Positions 39,654 to 48,393 of a stretch of DNA of 64,000 bases are shown here, in pieces (positions within the stretch are counted from its first letter, which is position 1; each line of letters begins with the position of its first letter). Location: NCBI GenBank assembly GCA_947475275.1, contig CANJNE010000001.1:44897-108896 (forward strand), read 5' to 3'. The notes under the pieces were generated by a model. That model saw only the letters and a list, made by a program, of their open reading frames with translations. It searched no databases and had not been told where the DNA came from. The DNA comes from Flavobacteriales bacterium (GTDB lineage Bacteria > Bacteroidota > Bacteroidia > Flavobacteriales_D > Crocinitomicaceae). The position numbers and the translations under genes are program-made.

Positions 39654-40322
39654 TCAATTAACTTTGAAGCAACAATATTTTATTATCGCTCCTTTAGCTG
39701 TAAATAACTTTTCGTAATGTGTTTTAATTGGTAGTATATCCTTAAGTTCCTCTGATATATTTGTGGTCCTTTCGGAATATAAATCACAAGTTGTAAAAAG
39801 TAATTCATAACCTTGACTTGCAATTTCTTCCATAGTAAACTCATAAAGCAAATCAGAATCTGTTTTTAAATGAATTTGCCCACCAGGCTTAAGCATTCTT
39901 TTATATCTGTCGATAAAAACAGCTGAAGACAATCGCTTATTTGGTTTTTTAGGTTGCGGATCCGAAAAAGTTAGCCAAATTTCATCAACTTCATTCGTTT
40001 CAAAACAATCGTTTATAAAATCAATTTTTGTTCTAAGGAACCCTACATTATTTAATCCTTCTTCAATAGCTTCAGTTGCACCAATGAACATACGTGCACC
40101 TTTTATATCAACGCCAATGAAGTTTTTACCACTAAATTTTCTCGCCATTCCAACACTATATTCCCCCTTGCCGCAGCCAAGTTCAAGTACCAACGGACAA
40201 TCATTTTTAAAATAATCTAAATTCCACTTTCCTTTCATATAAAATGTTTCACCTATTACAGGTTCAAAAACATTATCGTAAGTTTTTATAGCTGCGAATC
40301 TTCTTATCTTATCTTTTCCCAT
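39654..40322 (-). CDS. trmB: tRNA (guanine46-N7)-methyltransferase
   Basis: LELGCGKGEY, FSDPQPK and the overall TrmB layout. Confidence 0.9.
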   Translation of the reverse strand: MGKDKIRRFAAIKTYDNVFEPVIGETFYMKGKWNLDYFKNDCPLVLELGCGKGEYSVGMARKFSGKNFIGVDIKGARMFIGATEAIEEGLNNVGFLRTKIDFINDCFETNEVDEIWLTFSDPQPKKPNKRLSSAVFIDRYKRMLKPGGQIHLKTDSDLLYEFTMEEIASQGYELLFTTCDLYSERTTNISEELKDILPIKTHYEKLFTAKGAIIKYCCFKVN

Positions 40323-40336
40323 CTTAATTGAATAAG

Positions 40337-41134
40337 TTAATTCACAATAAAACTAACTTCATAACCGGTATGTTTTCTAATATTAAAAACACTCCCATTC
40401 GAAAACATCAAATATTGTCCTCTGATTCCTATCAGTTCACCTTCTAAAATGGCATATTTATCAAGAGTTAAACTTTTAATTGTTGTGGGATAATGCATCA
40501 CCGGATATTGCATTTCCAAGAAATCATCCTCATCGCTAAAATGTATTAATAAATCGTCAGGTAATGTTTCATATAAATTCCATTTTTCCTCAATCAAATC
40601 GATTTCATCATTTACCTCATTCTTAAGCATTTTTTGCCAATTGGTTTTATCTGTAAATAAAGATTTAAGTTCTACTTCGAGTCGACCTGCCTCAAAACGG
40701 TTTGGTGTTCGTGCAAAAACAACTGCTTGAGAAGCACCTTGGTCTATCCACCTCGTTGGCACTTGAGTTCCTCGCGTCACACCTACTTTAATCGAGTCAT
40801 TTGCAGCAAGATATACAATATGTTCCACATTGTGATGTAACAATTCCCATTCAACATCTCTACCCTCTCCTAAATGCGCGCGACACAATTCAGGCCTTAT
40901 GATACATGGTGATGACTCAGCTCCAGTTGAAAAACAGTTGAAACAAAAACCATCTCCAAAAGACTTTTTAATATTTTTTTGACAACCAGAGCAAACAATA
41001 ACACCAGTCCAGCTAATTGTTAAATGACTCCCAATCAATGGATTTAAATCAAATTCCTCATTCAGTGAAAGACAATATTGTATCGGATCTCCGAATACAG
41101 CCTTCATTTTACGAAGCAATCCTTTGAATTCCAT
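40337..41134 (-). CDS. DUF2797-like protein with CxxC...CxxC zinc-ribbon
   Basis: 265 aa with CSGCQKNIKKSFGDGFCFNC, then HIVYLAANDSIKVGVTR...RWIDQGA. Starts 1 nt after the gldC stop. Confidence 0.55.
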   Translation of the reverse strand: MEFKGLLRKMKAVFGDPIQYCLSLNEEFDLNPLIGSHLTISWTGVIVCSGCQKNIKKSFGDGFCFNCFSTGAESSPCIIRPELCRAHLGEGRDVEWELLHHNVEHIVYLAANDSIKVGVTRGTQVPTRWIDQGASQAVVFARTPNRFEAGRLEVELKSLFTDKTNWQKMLKNEVNDEIDLIEEKWNLYETLPDDLLIHFSDEDDFLEMQYPVMHYPTTIKSLTLDKYAILEGELIGIRGQYLMFSNGSVFNIRKHTGYEVSFIVN

Positions 41135-41135
41135 A

Positions 41136-41483
41136 TTAATCGTTAGGTAGGATTTTCATTTTTTCAGCGAAATGATAACAATAATCCCTCAAATCTTCGC
41201 AAATTAAATTCTCTCCTGTTGCACGTTCAAAGGTATCAGCCATTGTTAAAAGTGTTTGATGAAAAAAACGTTTCATTTCCTCTACAGACATGTCTTTAGT
41301 CCAAAGGTCGATTTTCATTGTATTTTGATCTTTTTCATCCCATAAAGACAACATAAAGGCCTTCGCATGAGCATCTTTAATTGCCCCATCTTCAGCATTC
41401 CACTTAATTGCTAATGGTAAGTTATTGTCATCTAGGTCTACTTTAAGTTTTATTTCAGATGATTTTTTTATTTGACTGTTCAT
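41136..41483 (-). CDS. gldC: gliding motility protein GldC
   Basis: 115 aa. SEIKLKVDLDDNNLP..IKWNAEDG...IDLWTKDMSVEEMKRFFHQTL..MADTF resembles GldC. Starts 2 nt after the gldB stop. Confidence 0.8.
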   Translation of the reverse strand: MNSQIKKSSEIKLKVDLDDNNLPLAIKWNAEDGAIKDAHAKAFMLSLWDEKDQNTMKIDLWTKDMSVEEMKRFFHQTLLTMADTFERATGENLICEDLRDYCYHFAEKMKILPND

Positions 41484-41485
41484 GT

Positions 41486-42535
41486 TTAATCAATTTCGTA
41501 ATTAGTAATTATTTCTGAATAATCCGTATTGAGCAATTCCAATGGGGAGCAACCTTTGTTTTTTACATATTCCTCTATCAATCTAAAACCTAAATATTGC
41601 CCTAACCTATCGGGTCCCTTCTCAGGAAGCCCAACAGTAAATGGTCCATCGTTTAATAAATTGGCAACCATCAATTCATCTTTTTTGAAAAGTAAGCTTT
41701 GATCTACAAGGTATTTCCAAAATGAAACCTCATTATCTTGTGCCCACTTATAATCTTCCTCAGAATACCGCAATATTATTGCATTCGAAACCTCTGGTAA
41801 AGCAGCTTTGGTGAGATACAAAATTTTACCCCAACGAACAATATTCTCAGCAAGATTACAATTAACACCCCAGTTAAATTCAGCATTACCATTAACATCA
41901 TTTTTCGGCAAAACATAATGCGTCATGACCCAAGAACAAATAGCATCACGCACCAAAAAATCTCTATTCCAAGCCTCTTTTATCCAACTAGGAAAATAAC
42001 TTCCCGGTAATTCTTTAATCACATCAGTTTTGAAGTCGAGATTGCGGTCCAATCCAATTGCAATCTCTTTGGTTGTGCTCAAAGAATTCACATTAAAACA
42101 AGAATTAATGAATACAATTTTACTTGGAATCTTACCTTCATTAAAATGGTGTTTCAAATGCTTAAATCCATTCAATAGTTGTTGTTTTTCATTATTTAAA
42201 TTAGAAAACTGCTTGGCAATTGCGGCATGTGCACGTTTCGCAAAAGGATCTTTATAAAAATTTTGAATTCCTGTAACCACTTGACTATCAACATTAGAAT
42301 TGATTTGCAAACAGTAAACACGCTGATATTCGTAGGTTTCAGGTATTTCCACAAGCCATTTACGGTGATGCTTGAGTATTTGATCTGCCGAACTATTTCC
42401 AAGAATAGAATCCATATTAATAAATTCGATCTCCAATTCAGATCCTGAAACATCCACATTCAACGGATCAGTAGTGCATGATTGAATAAGAAAAATTGTA
42501 AATACGAATCCTATTAAATTGCTTTTGAATGTCAT
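41486..42535 (-). CDS. gldB: gliding motility lipoprotein GldB
   Basis: The ATG at 42535 gives MTFKSNLIGFVFTIFLIQSC (lipobox). The size and the gldB-gldC pairing match F. johnsoniae. Confidence 0.8.
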   Translation of the reverse strand: MTFKSNLIGFVFTIFLIQSCTTDPLNVDVSGSELEIEFINMDSILGNSSADQILKHHRKWLVEIPETYEYQRVYCLQINSNVDSQVVTGIQNFYKDPFAKRAHAAIAKQFSNLNNEKQQLLNGFKHLKHHFNEGKIPSKIVFINSCFNVNSLSTTKEIAIGLDRNLDFKTDVIKELPGSYFPSWIKEAWNRDFLVRDAICSWVMTHYVLPKNDVNGNAEFNWGVNCNLAENIVRWGKILYLTKAALPEVSNAIILRYSEEDYKWAQDNEVSFWKYLVDQSLLFKKDELMVANLLNDGPFTVGLPEKGPDRLGQYLGFRLIEEYVKNKGCSPLELLNTDYSEIITNYEID

Positions 42536-42617
42536 TAAAATTTTGGTTAAATTCGTATCAAAATTACACAAATCATATACTTCATTCGTCAAGTGTATTA
42601 ACTAAAAGAAAATAAAA

Positions 42618-43427
42618 ATGAAAAAATACTTATTTACGATAGCAATTATTGGATTTTTCTTCACTTCAAACGCCCAAGAGGCCGCAGATAAAAAAGTTCA
42701 AGCTGGTTTGGTATTGGGTTCCGGTGTTAACTTTCAAAAAATGCTCACTAAAAATATGGATGCCAATGGCGTTGGATGGGATTGGACAGTTGGAATGAAC
42801 ACCGTTTTTAATTTCAGCGAAACAATTGGTTTGAATACAGGAATCGAATTTGATTTTAATTCATTGAAATATGCGCCTTCCTCGAGTGCTGCTGGAAATG
42901 TTTATTATTATTTCAAAGACATGGATATTTTAGAATTCCGTGATTCAGATTCCTCATCTTCACTATTCCAATTAGGAGATCGCGTTCAAAAATCGGTTTA
43001 TTTAACTATACCTACAATGTTAACTTTCAGAACAGGATTTTTTGGATATTGGAGATACTTCGGAAGATTTGGTTTAAGAAATAGCTTTTTGCTGAATAGT
43101 AAAGTTACAGATCAAGGTCTTTTAAATGGTACCAAAGCGACAAATGATGATTTTACATCTAAAAATGATTTATTGTTTTTTAAGTCTGCAGTGGGAATAT
43201 CGGCTGGTGCAGAGTGGAATTTTAGCGGATCTACCAGTTTAATAGCTGAATTAGGATACTACTATGGCATAACGCCTTTACATACCCAAAAAAGTACCGA
43301 TGTTGGTAAAGAAAAAAATTCACTTTTTATTGATAATGATGGGGTTCTAGGTAGTAATGCCCCTGTAATGTTCAACAACAAGTCAACACAGAATCAAATC
43401 ATGTTGAAGGTTTCGATTTTATTCTAA
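42618..43427 (+). CDS. outer-membrane beta-barrel (porin-family) protein
   Basis: Signal peptide ...FFFTSNAQE, alternating beta-strand pattern, and a C-terminal ...MLKVSILF (terminal Phe beta-signal). Confidence 0.55.
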   Translation: MKKYLFTIAIIGFFFTSNAQEAADKKVQAGLVLGSGVNFQKMLTKNMDANGVGWDWTVGMNTVFNFSETIGLNTGIEFDFNSLKYAPSSSAAGNVYYYFKDMDILEFRDSDSSSSLFQLGDRVQKSVYLTIPTMLTFRTGFFGYWRYFGRFGLRNSFLLNSKVTDQGLLNGTKATNDDFTSKNDLLFFKSAVGISAGAEWNFSGSTSLIAELGYYYGITPLHTQKSTDVGKEKNSLFIDNDGVLGSNAPVMFNNKSTQNQIMLKVSILF

Positions 43428-43439
43428 GCCCTTTCGATT

Positions 43440-44213
43440 TTGAATAAAAATGCCATTATTGAACACATCACGGAATGGTTAAATGACTATTGTGATGATT
43501 CAAAAATGCAAGGATTTGTAGTAGGTATTTCAGGAGGAATAGATTCCGCCTTAACTTCAACACTTTGTGCATTAACCGGTAGAAAAACATTACTTGTTAC
43601 GATGCCAATTCGTCAAACACAGGCAGAGTATGATAGGGCTAAGCATCACATATCTGATTTACTAAATCGTTTCAATAATATTGAAGCGCTTGAAATCAAT
43701 CTCACAGATGCGTTTACACTGCTCGAGCAAACCTTACCGGAGTCATCCCAAAAGGATCATTTAACCATGGCCAATGTTAGATCTCGACTTCGAATGACAA
43801 CACTGTACGCTGTTGGTCAACCGAATAAATGCTTGGTCGCTGGTACCGGAAATAAAATCGAAGATTTTGGAGTTGGATTTTTCACTAAATATGGTGATGG
43901 GGGTGTGGATTTAAGTCCAATTGCGGATTTATCGAAAACGCAAGTTCGATTATTGGCTGAGGAGCTTAATGTTATTAAAGAAATTTGCGAGGCTGCCCCT
44001 ACCGACGGTCTTTGGGCTGATGGAAGGACGGATGAAGATCAGATTGGAGCAACTTATCCTGAACTTGAATGGGCAATGTCTTTTAATGGAAAACAGGAAA
44101 ATCTGTCTGAACGACAAAAAAAGGTTTTAGTAATCTACAATAGACTGAACAAAATCAACCAACATAAAATGATACCAATACCTGTCTGTAAAATTCCGTT
44201 TGAATTATTTTAG
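43440..44213 (+). CDS. nadE: ammonia-dependent NAD+ synthetase
   Basis: PP-loop VVGISGGIDSA. TTG start in the track. Confidence 0.9.
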   Translation: MNKNAIIEHITEWLNDYCDDSKMQGFVVGISGGIDSALTSTLCALTGRKTLLVTMPIRQTQAEYDRAKHHISDLLNRFNNIEALEINLTDAFTLLEQTLPESSQKDHLTMANVRSRLRMTTLYAVGQPNKCLVAGTGNKIEDFGVGFFTKYGDGGVDLSPIADLSKTQVRLLAEELNVIKEICEAAPTDGLWADGRTDEDQIGATYPELEWAMSFNGKQENLSERQKKVLVIYNRLNKINQHKMIPIPVCKIPFELF

Positions 44214-44222
44214 CGGAAAATA

Positions 44223-44543
44223 TCAAGCTTCAGGAGCTAGCCTAAGTACTATACCATCAATTTCTTCATTTAAGTGAATTTGGCAACCCAAACGGCTATT
44301 TGGTTTTACAAAAAAAGCTTGATCCAACATGTCTAATTCTGCATCACTCTGTTCAGGAAGGGCTGTATCAGACTCAAGATAGCATTGGCAAGTTGCGCAC
44401 ATAGCCATTCCCCCGCATTCTCCAAGAACTGGCAAATCATAAGCCTTGCACAATTCCATAATATTCATATTCATGTCTGTTGGTGCATCCAATTCATGAG
44501 AATTACCTTCTCTATCAATTACAGTTACCTTTATTTCACTCAT
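44223..44543 (-). CDS. 2Fe-2S ferredoxin (adrenodoxin/putidaredoxin type)
   Basis: 106 aa with cluster ligands in ECGGMAMCATCQC ... RLGCQI. Confidence 0.9.
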   Translation of the reverse strand: MSEIKVTVIDREGNSHELDAPTDMNMNIMELCKAYDLPVLGECGGMAMCATCQCYLESDTALPEQSDAELDMLDQAFFVKPNSRLGCQIHLNEEIDGIVLRLAPEA

Positions 44544-44550
44544 TGCTTGT

Positions 44551-44976
44551 TTAATTATAAATTCTTACCAGATTCGTCCCGTTATAAATAGTTTGATATT
44601 GCCTTAGTCCAAATTCAGAACCTTCAACAGGCGAACCATCGAACAAAGAAAACTTTGCGGGTCCACAAGAATCAATCAACATTAAAAAGTTATCAGGATC
44701 AGGATACAAAGGTTCAGGACAAGTTCCGTTTAGGTCTACGGGAGAATGTCTATCAAAAGCTACAAATTCATCTATATTTCTTCTGTAAACAATTATTCCT
44801 CTTGATCCTCCATTCACAAATGCATAACTACCCACCCCTATTAAGGCATTGTAGCTAGGCAAATTAATGTCAATGGTAATATCAAAAGGTATGTCCGGAA
44901 CAGGATGGATTTTATTTTTATTACAACCATTAACTAAAAAGCAAGTTAGGGTTATGAAAAATAGCGTTACTTTCAT
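44551..44976 (-). CDS. small lipoprotein, possibly a degenerate Rieske-like fold
   Basis: Lipobox FLVNGC. The pattern GIIVYRR..DEFVAFDRHSP ... LIDSCGPAKFSLFDGSPVEG..LRQYQ resembles Rieske-domain spacing but lacks most ligands. Confidence 0.4.
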   Translation of the reverse strand: MKVTLFFITLTCFLVNGCNKNKIHPVPDIPFDITIDINLPSYNALIGVGSYAFVNGGSRGIIVYRRNIDEFVAFDRHSPVDLNGTCPEPLYPDPDNFLMLIDSCGPAKFSLFDGSPVEGSEFGLRQYQTIYNGTNLVRIYN

Positions 44977-44999
44977 TTAAATATTTGTATTGTAAAGTT

Positions 45000-45278
45000 A
45001 TGAAGTTTAACAGGTTTAATAACGTGATTTTACTTTTTTTATTTGTGTTTAGGCTAAACAATGTGTTTTGTCAAACAACAAACGCTACACTAAAAGAGGA
45101 TAAGAAAGCGCAAAAGATACTTATTAATCAGAAAAAACAACAAGCCAAAACGAATAAAAAATCAAATCGAGAGGCTTTCAAAGCACACATGAAAAATCAG
45201 AGTAAAGCTGTTAAAAAATCGATAAGGAATAACTACAAAAGACAAAGGAAAATTCAAAAAGAGAAAGGACGAGGTTAA
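45000..45278 (+). CDS. small secreted lysine-rich protein (hypothetical)
   Basis: The ATG at 45000 gives MKFNRFNNVILLFLFVFRLNNVFCQ, followed by about 65 aa that are strongly basic (K/R/Q/N). There is no homology that I recognise, so coding status is uncertain. Confidence 0.3.
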   Translation: MKFNRFNNVILLFLFVFRLNNVFCQTTNATLKEDKKAQKILINQKKQQAKTNKKSNREAFKAHMKNQSKAVKKSIRNNYKRQRKIQKEKGRG

Positions 45279-47191
45279 TCTTCAAGAGCGAATAATTGCT
45301 CAGTTAAAATTTCCCATTCACTCATCAAATGATTCAAGTCACCTTTCTTACTGTCGTAATTGGACAAAACCTGCTGTGCGTTATCTTCATTGTTATAATC
45401 AAGGACTGCCAATTCTTCATCCATAGACTTAATTTGCAATTCAATAGAAGCAATATTACTTTCAAGCTGTTTAATTTTCTTTTCCAGTTCTTTTTTTGCA
45501 GGATTTATTTCATTAGTTGCTTTTTTCGTTTTCTCTTGAACAATAGGCTTTTTGTTCACTAATGACTTCGATTCTAAAAGGGAATCCGCCATTTTTTTCT
45601 GCAAATATTCTTTAACGTCAAAATGGTGAATTTTCAATGCCTTATTTTCAATATCCCATATTCTGTTCGTTAATCCATCTAAAAACTCCCGGTCATGAGA
45701 TACAACTATGAAAGTTCCTTCATAATTTTTCAGTGCATCCTTAAGAACCTCTTTGCTTAATATATCCAAATGATTGGTTGGCTCATCCAGAATTAATACA
45801 TTGGATGGACTTAACAAAAGTTGACACAAAGCTAACCGAGTTCTTTCACCGCCTGATAAAACTCCCACTCTTTTGTCTATATCCTCTCCAGAAAATAAAA
45901 AAGCTCCTAGAATACTTCTTAAATCCTTCCTGATTTCACCTTTAGCAACATCATCAACAGTTTCGTAGATTGTTTTATTCGGATCTAATTGTTCAGCCTG
46001 ATCTTGAGCAAAATATGTACAATTAACATTATGACCATAGGTAACAGAACCAGGACCTTCCAATACATTTAAAATACGCTTGAGTAGCGTTGATTTCCCC
46101 ACTCCATTTGGGCCTAATAAGGCTATTTTTTCACCCCGACCTACTGTTATGTTCACACTGTCAAAAAGCACCTTTTCACCATACTTTTTTCCTAAATCGG
46201 ACAATTCCAAAACCCACTTACCTGGCTGAACACTTAAAGGAAAGGTTATATTCATCCTAGCAACATTATCTTTTTCTATTTCAATGCGGTCAGTTTTTTC
46301 CAGTTTTTTGATCAAGGATTGTGCGAAAGCAGCTTTGTTCTTCTTTGCTCTAAACTTATTTATAAGTTCCTCTGTATGTTTGATGTCTTTATCTTGCTGT
46401 TTTTTTGCTCCTTGAAGACGTTCCAGTTCTTCTTCGCGTAATTCCTTGTATTTGGTGTAAGCATATGGGAAATCAAAAATTTTAGACATACTTATTTCCA
46501 AAGTTCGCTTGGTTACGTTATCCAAAAACAATCTGTCATGTGATATGATGATTACGGCACCCTCAAATTTCTGCAAATAAGATTCCAACCAACCAATAGA
46601 AATAATATCAAGATGGTTTGTAGGTTCATCTAGCAGAATGACATCTGGATTGTTCACAAGAATTTTTGCTAATTCAGCACGCATCTTCCAACCACCAGAA
46701 AAAGTATTCAAACTATTATGGATTTCAGTATCACTAAAGCCTAATCCTTTTAACGTCGTTTCAATTTTCTCTTCCCAGGAATAGCCGTCAATTATATTAT
46801 AATTATGATTTAAATCATTAAGCTCATCAAGCATATTAAGGTATGCTTCAGATTCATAATCGGTCCGGGTAACCAATTGATGATTAATATACTCAATAGC
46901 ATCTCTAAGCTTGGTGAGCACTTCGTTGGAATTATTTAAGTATTCAAAAACAGATTGAACGGTGTCAATTTTAATATCTTGTGTTAGGTAACCAACGGTA
47001 AGACCTTTAACTGTGTGAATTTTTCCTTCTGTTGGCTTGTTGACCCCACCAAGAAGTCTGAGAAGAGTGGATTTCCCAGCGCCATTTTTACCAACCAATC
47101 CAACTTTATCTCCTTTATTGATTTGAAGACTTACATCTTTAAACAAATACCCTTGTGGTAAGAATACACCAAGACGTTCCAAATTAATCAT
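45275..47191 (-). CDS. ABC-F family ATPase (two ABC domains, no TM domain)
   Basis: Two Walker A motifs (GKNGAGKST, GPNGVGKST), two LSGG signatures, and a C-terminal coiled coil. The ATG is at 47191; the track TTG is at 47197. Confidence 0.9.
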   Translation of the reverse strand: MINLERLGVFLPQGYLFKDVSLQINKGDKVGLVGKNGAGKSTLLRLLGGVNKPTEGKIHTVKGLTVGYLTQDIKIDTVQSVFEYLNNSNEVLTKLRDAIEYINHQLVTRTDYESEAYLNMLDELNDLNHNYNIIDGYSWEEKIETTLKGLGFSDTEIHNSLNTFSGGWKMRAELAKILVNNPDVILLDEPTNHLDIISIGWLESYLQKFEGAVIIISHDRLFLDNVTKRTLEISMSKIFDFPYAYTKYKELREEELERLQGAKKQQDKDIKHTEELINKFRAKKNKAAFAQSLIKKLEKTDRIEIEKDNVARMNITFPLSVQPGKWVLELSDLGKKYGEKVLFDSVNITVGRGEKIALLGPNGVGKSTLLKRILNVLEGPGSVTYGHNVNCTYFAQDQAEQLDPNKTIYETVDDVAKGEIRKDLRSILGAFLFSGEDIDKRVGVLSGGERTRLALCQLLLSPSNVLILDEPTNHLDILSKEVLKDALKNYEGTFIVVSHDREFLDGLTNRIWDIENKALKIHHFDVKEYLQKKMADSLLESKSLVNKKPIVQEKTKKATNEINPAKKELEKKIKQLESNIASIELQIKSMDEELAVLDYNNEDNAQQVLSNYDSKKGDLNHLMSEWEILTEQLFALED

Positions 47192-47230
47192 ATGCAAAGA
47201 TACCTTCGAAAATTGAAATGAAAATGCTAT

Positions 47231-47259
47231 AAAACAAAAAATGCCTCACAAGGAGGCAT
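47231..47259 (-). terminator. intrinsic terminator after gldN
   Basis: ATGCCTC-acaag-GAGGCAT flanked by A/T runs. On the minus strand the hairpin is followed by TTTTTGTTTT. Confidence 0.7.
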
Positions 47260-47279
47260 TTTTATTATTCAAATAGATT

Positions 47280-48392
47280 TTAGAAATTCCACATGTCGTG
47301 TTCTAATGTTCTAATTTCTTCTGTAATGGCATTAGACTCAATTAATGCATCTACACCATATTTGTACTGTTCCACTGTTCTATCAAAGACATTGCTTTCT
47401 TTTACGATATAACTGCTGAATCTTCTTTTCCAAAAGAAATCATCAAAAGACATCCATTGGGCGTCATTATCTTCGTTATAAACATAATACTTCGCCAAAT
47501 ATGGTCTTAGTTGCGGAAAATAACACCAGAACAATGGAGCTGTTACCCATTTAGATGAACTTTGCTCATCTGGTTGACCTGTTACGTCATCATAAAAAAC
47601 AACACTTGTTCGGCTATCGTCTTTCCAATTCACAACAGGTGCTATACCAATGATTCTTACATCTAGAACTGATCTTTCTTTATCAAAAAACCAATCTTCT
47701 TTCAAGTCATAACCCTGAATTTCATTACCATCTACCCATTGCATTTCTCCTGGATAAAACTGAACAATATATTCATCTTTAATTGGATCATAAATTGTAG
47801 AATCCTCATCGTTTTCCATTTTGATTGGATCTTTACTTTTGATTGGATCAGTTGTAGGACCCATTTTACCAAAGTAACGCATGTTGATACTTTTTCTCAT
47901 TTCATAATCATTCTCATACCAACCGTTAATTTTGGAAACCATTGGATACTTAAATTGATCACCATCAAACATTCCCCAAGCATTTGGATTTTCAGGTTCG
48001 AAAATAGTAACATCTCCCCATATAACATGCTGACGCACTATTGTCCATAAAGACCAACGTGAAGTATTTCTCACCCAAACAGCGCTGTCCTTAACATCAT
48101 CAATAGGATACTTCAAATTAAAATTCATTTTTTCACGTAAATCAATACGACGAAAAACACGCTTAGACCAGATATAATCAGCCTCACGAATTACTTCATA
48201 AGCGATTGGACGCTTAGTCGGCACGTGTGTAGGCATGAATACACCGTCTATAACTTGATTTTCAGTTCCAGGATTAATCACATTAATGGGACCTCCACCA
48301 TTGTCAAAAGGTACCTGGCTGTAGAACACACCCGTCCAAAAGAAAGCAATGAACAGATTTATTGAAATAATATTTAATCTGGAACTTCTCAT
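47280..48392 (-). CDS. gldN: T9SS/gliding protein GldN (PorN)
   Basis: 370 aa with a signal peptide. It is the last gene of the porP-gldKLMN array and begins 1 nt after the gldM stop. Confidence 0.85.
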   Translation of the reverse strand: MRSSRLNIISINLFIAFFWTGVFYSQVPFDNGGGPINVINPGTENQVIDGVFMPTHVPTKRPIAYEVIREADYIWSKRVFRRIDLREKMNFNLKYPIDDVKDSAVWVRNTSRWSLWTIVRQHVIWGDVTIFEPENPNAWGMFDGDQFKYPMVSKINGWYENDYEMRKSINMRYFGKMGPTTDPIKSKDPIKMENDEDSTIYDPIKDEYIVQFYPGEMQWVDGNEIQGYDLKEDWFFDKERSVLDVRIIGIAPVVNWKDDSRTSVVFYDDVTGQPDEQSSSKWVTAPLFWCYFPQLRPYLAKYYVYNEDNDAQWMSFDDFFWKRRFSSYIVKESNVFDRTVEQYKYGVDALIESNAITEEIRTLEHDMWNF

Positions 48393-48393
48393 A

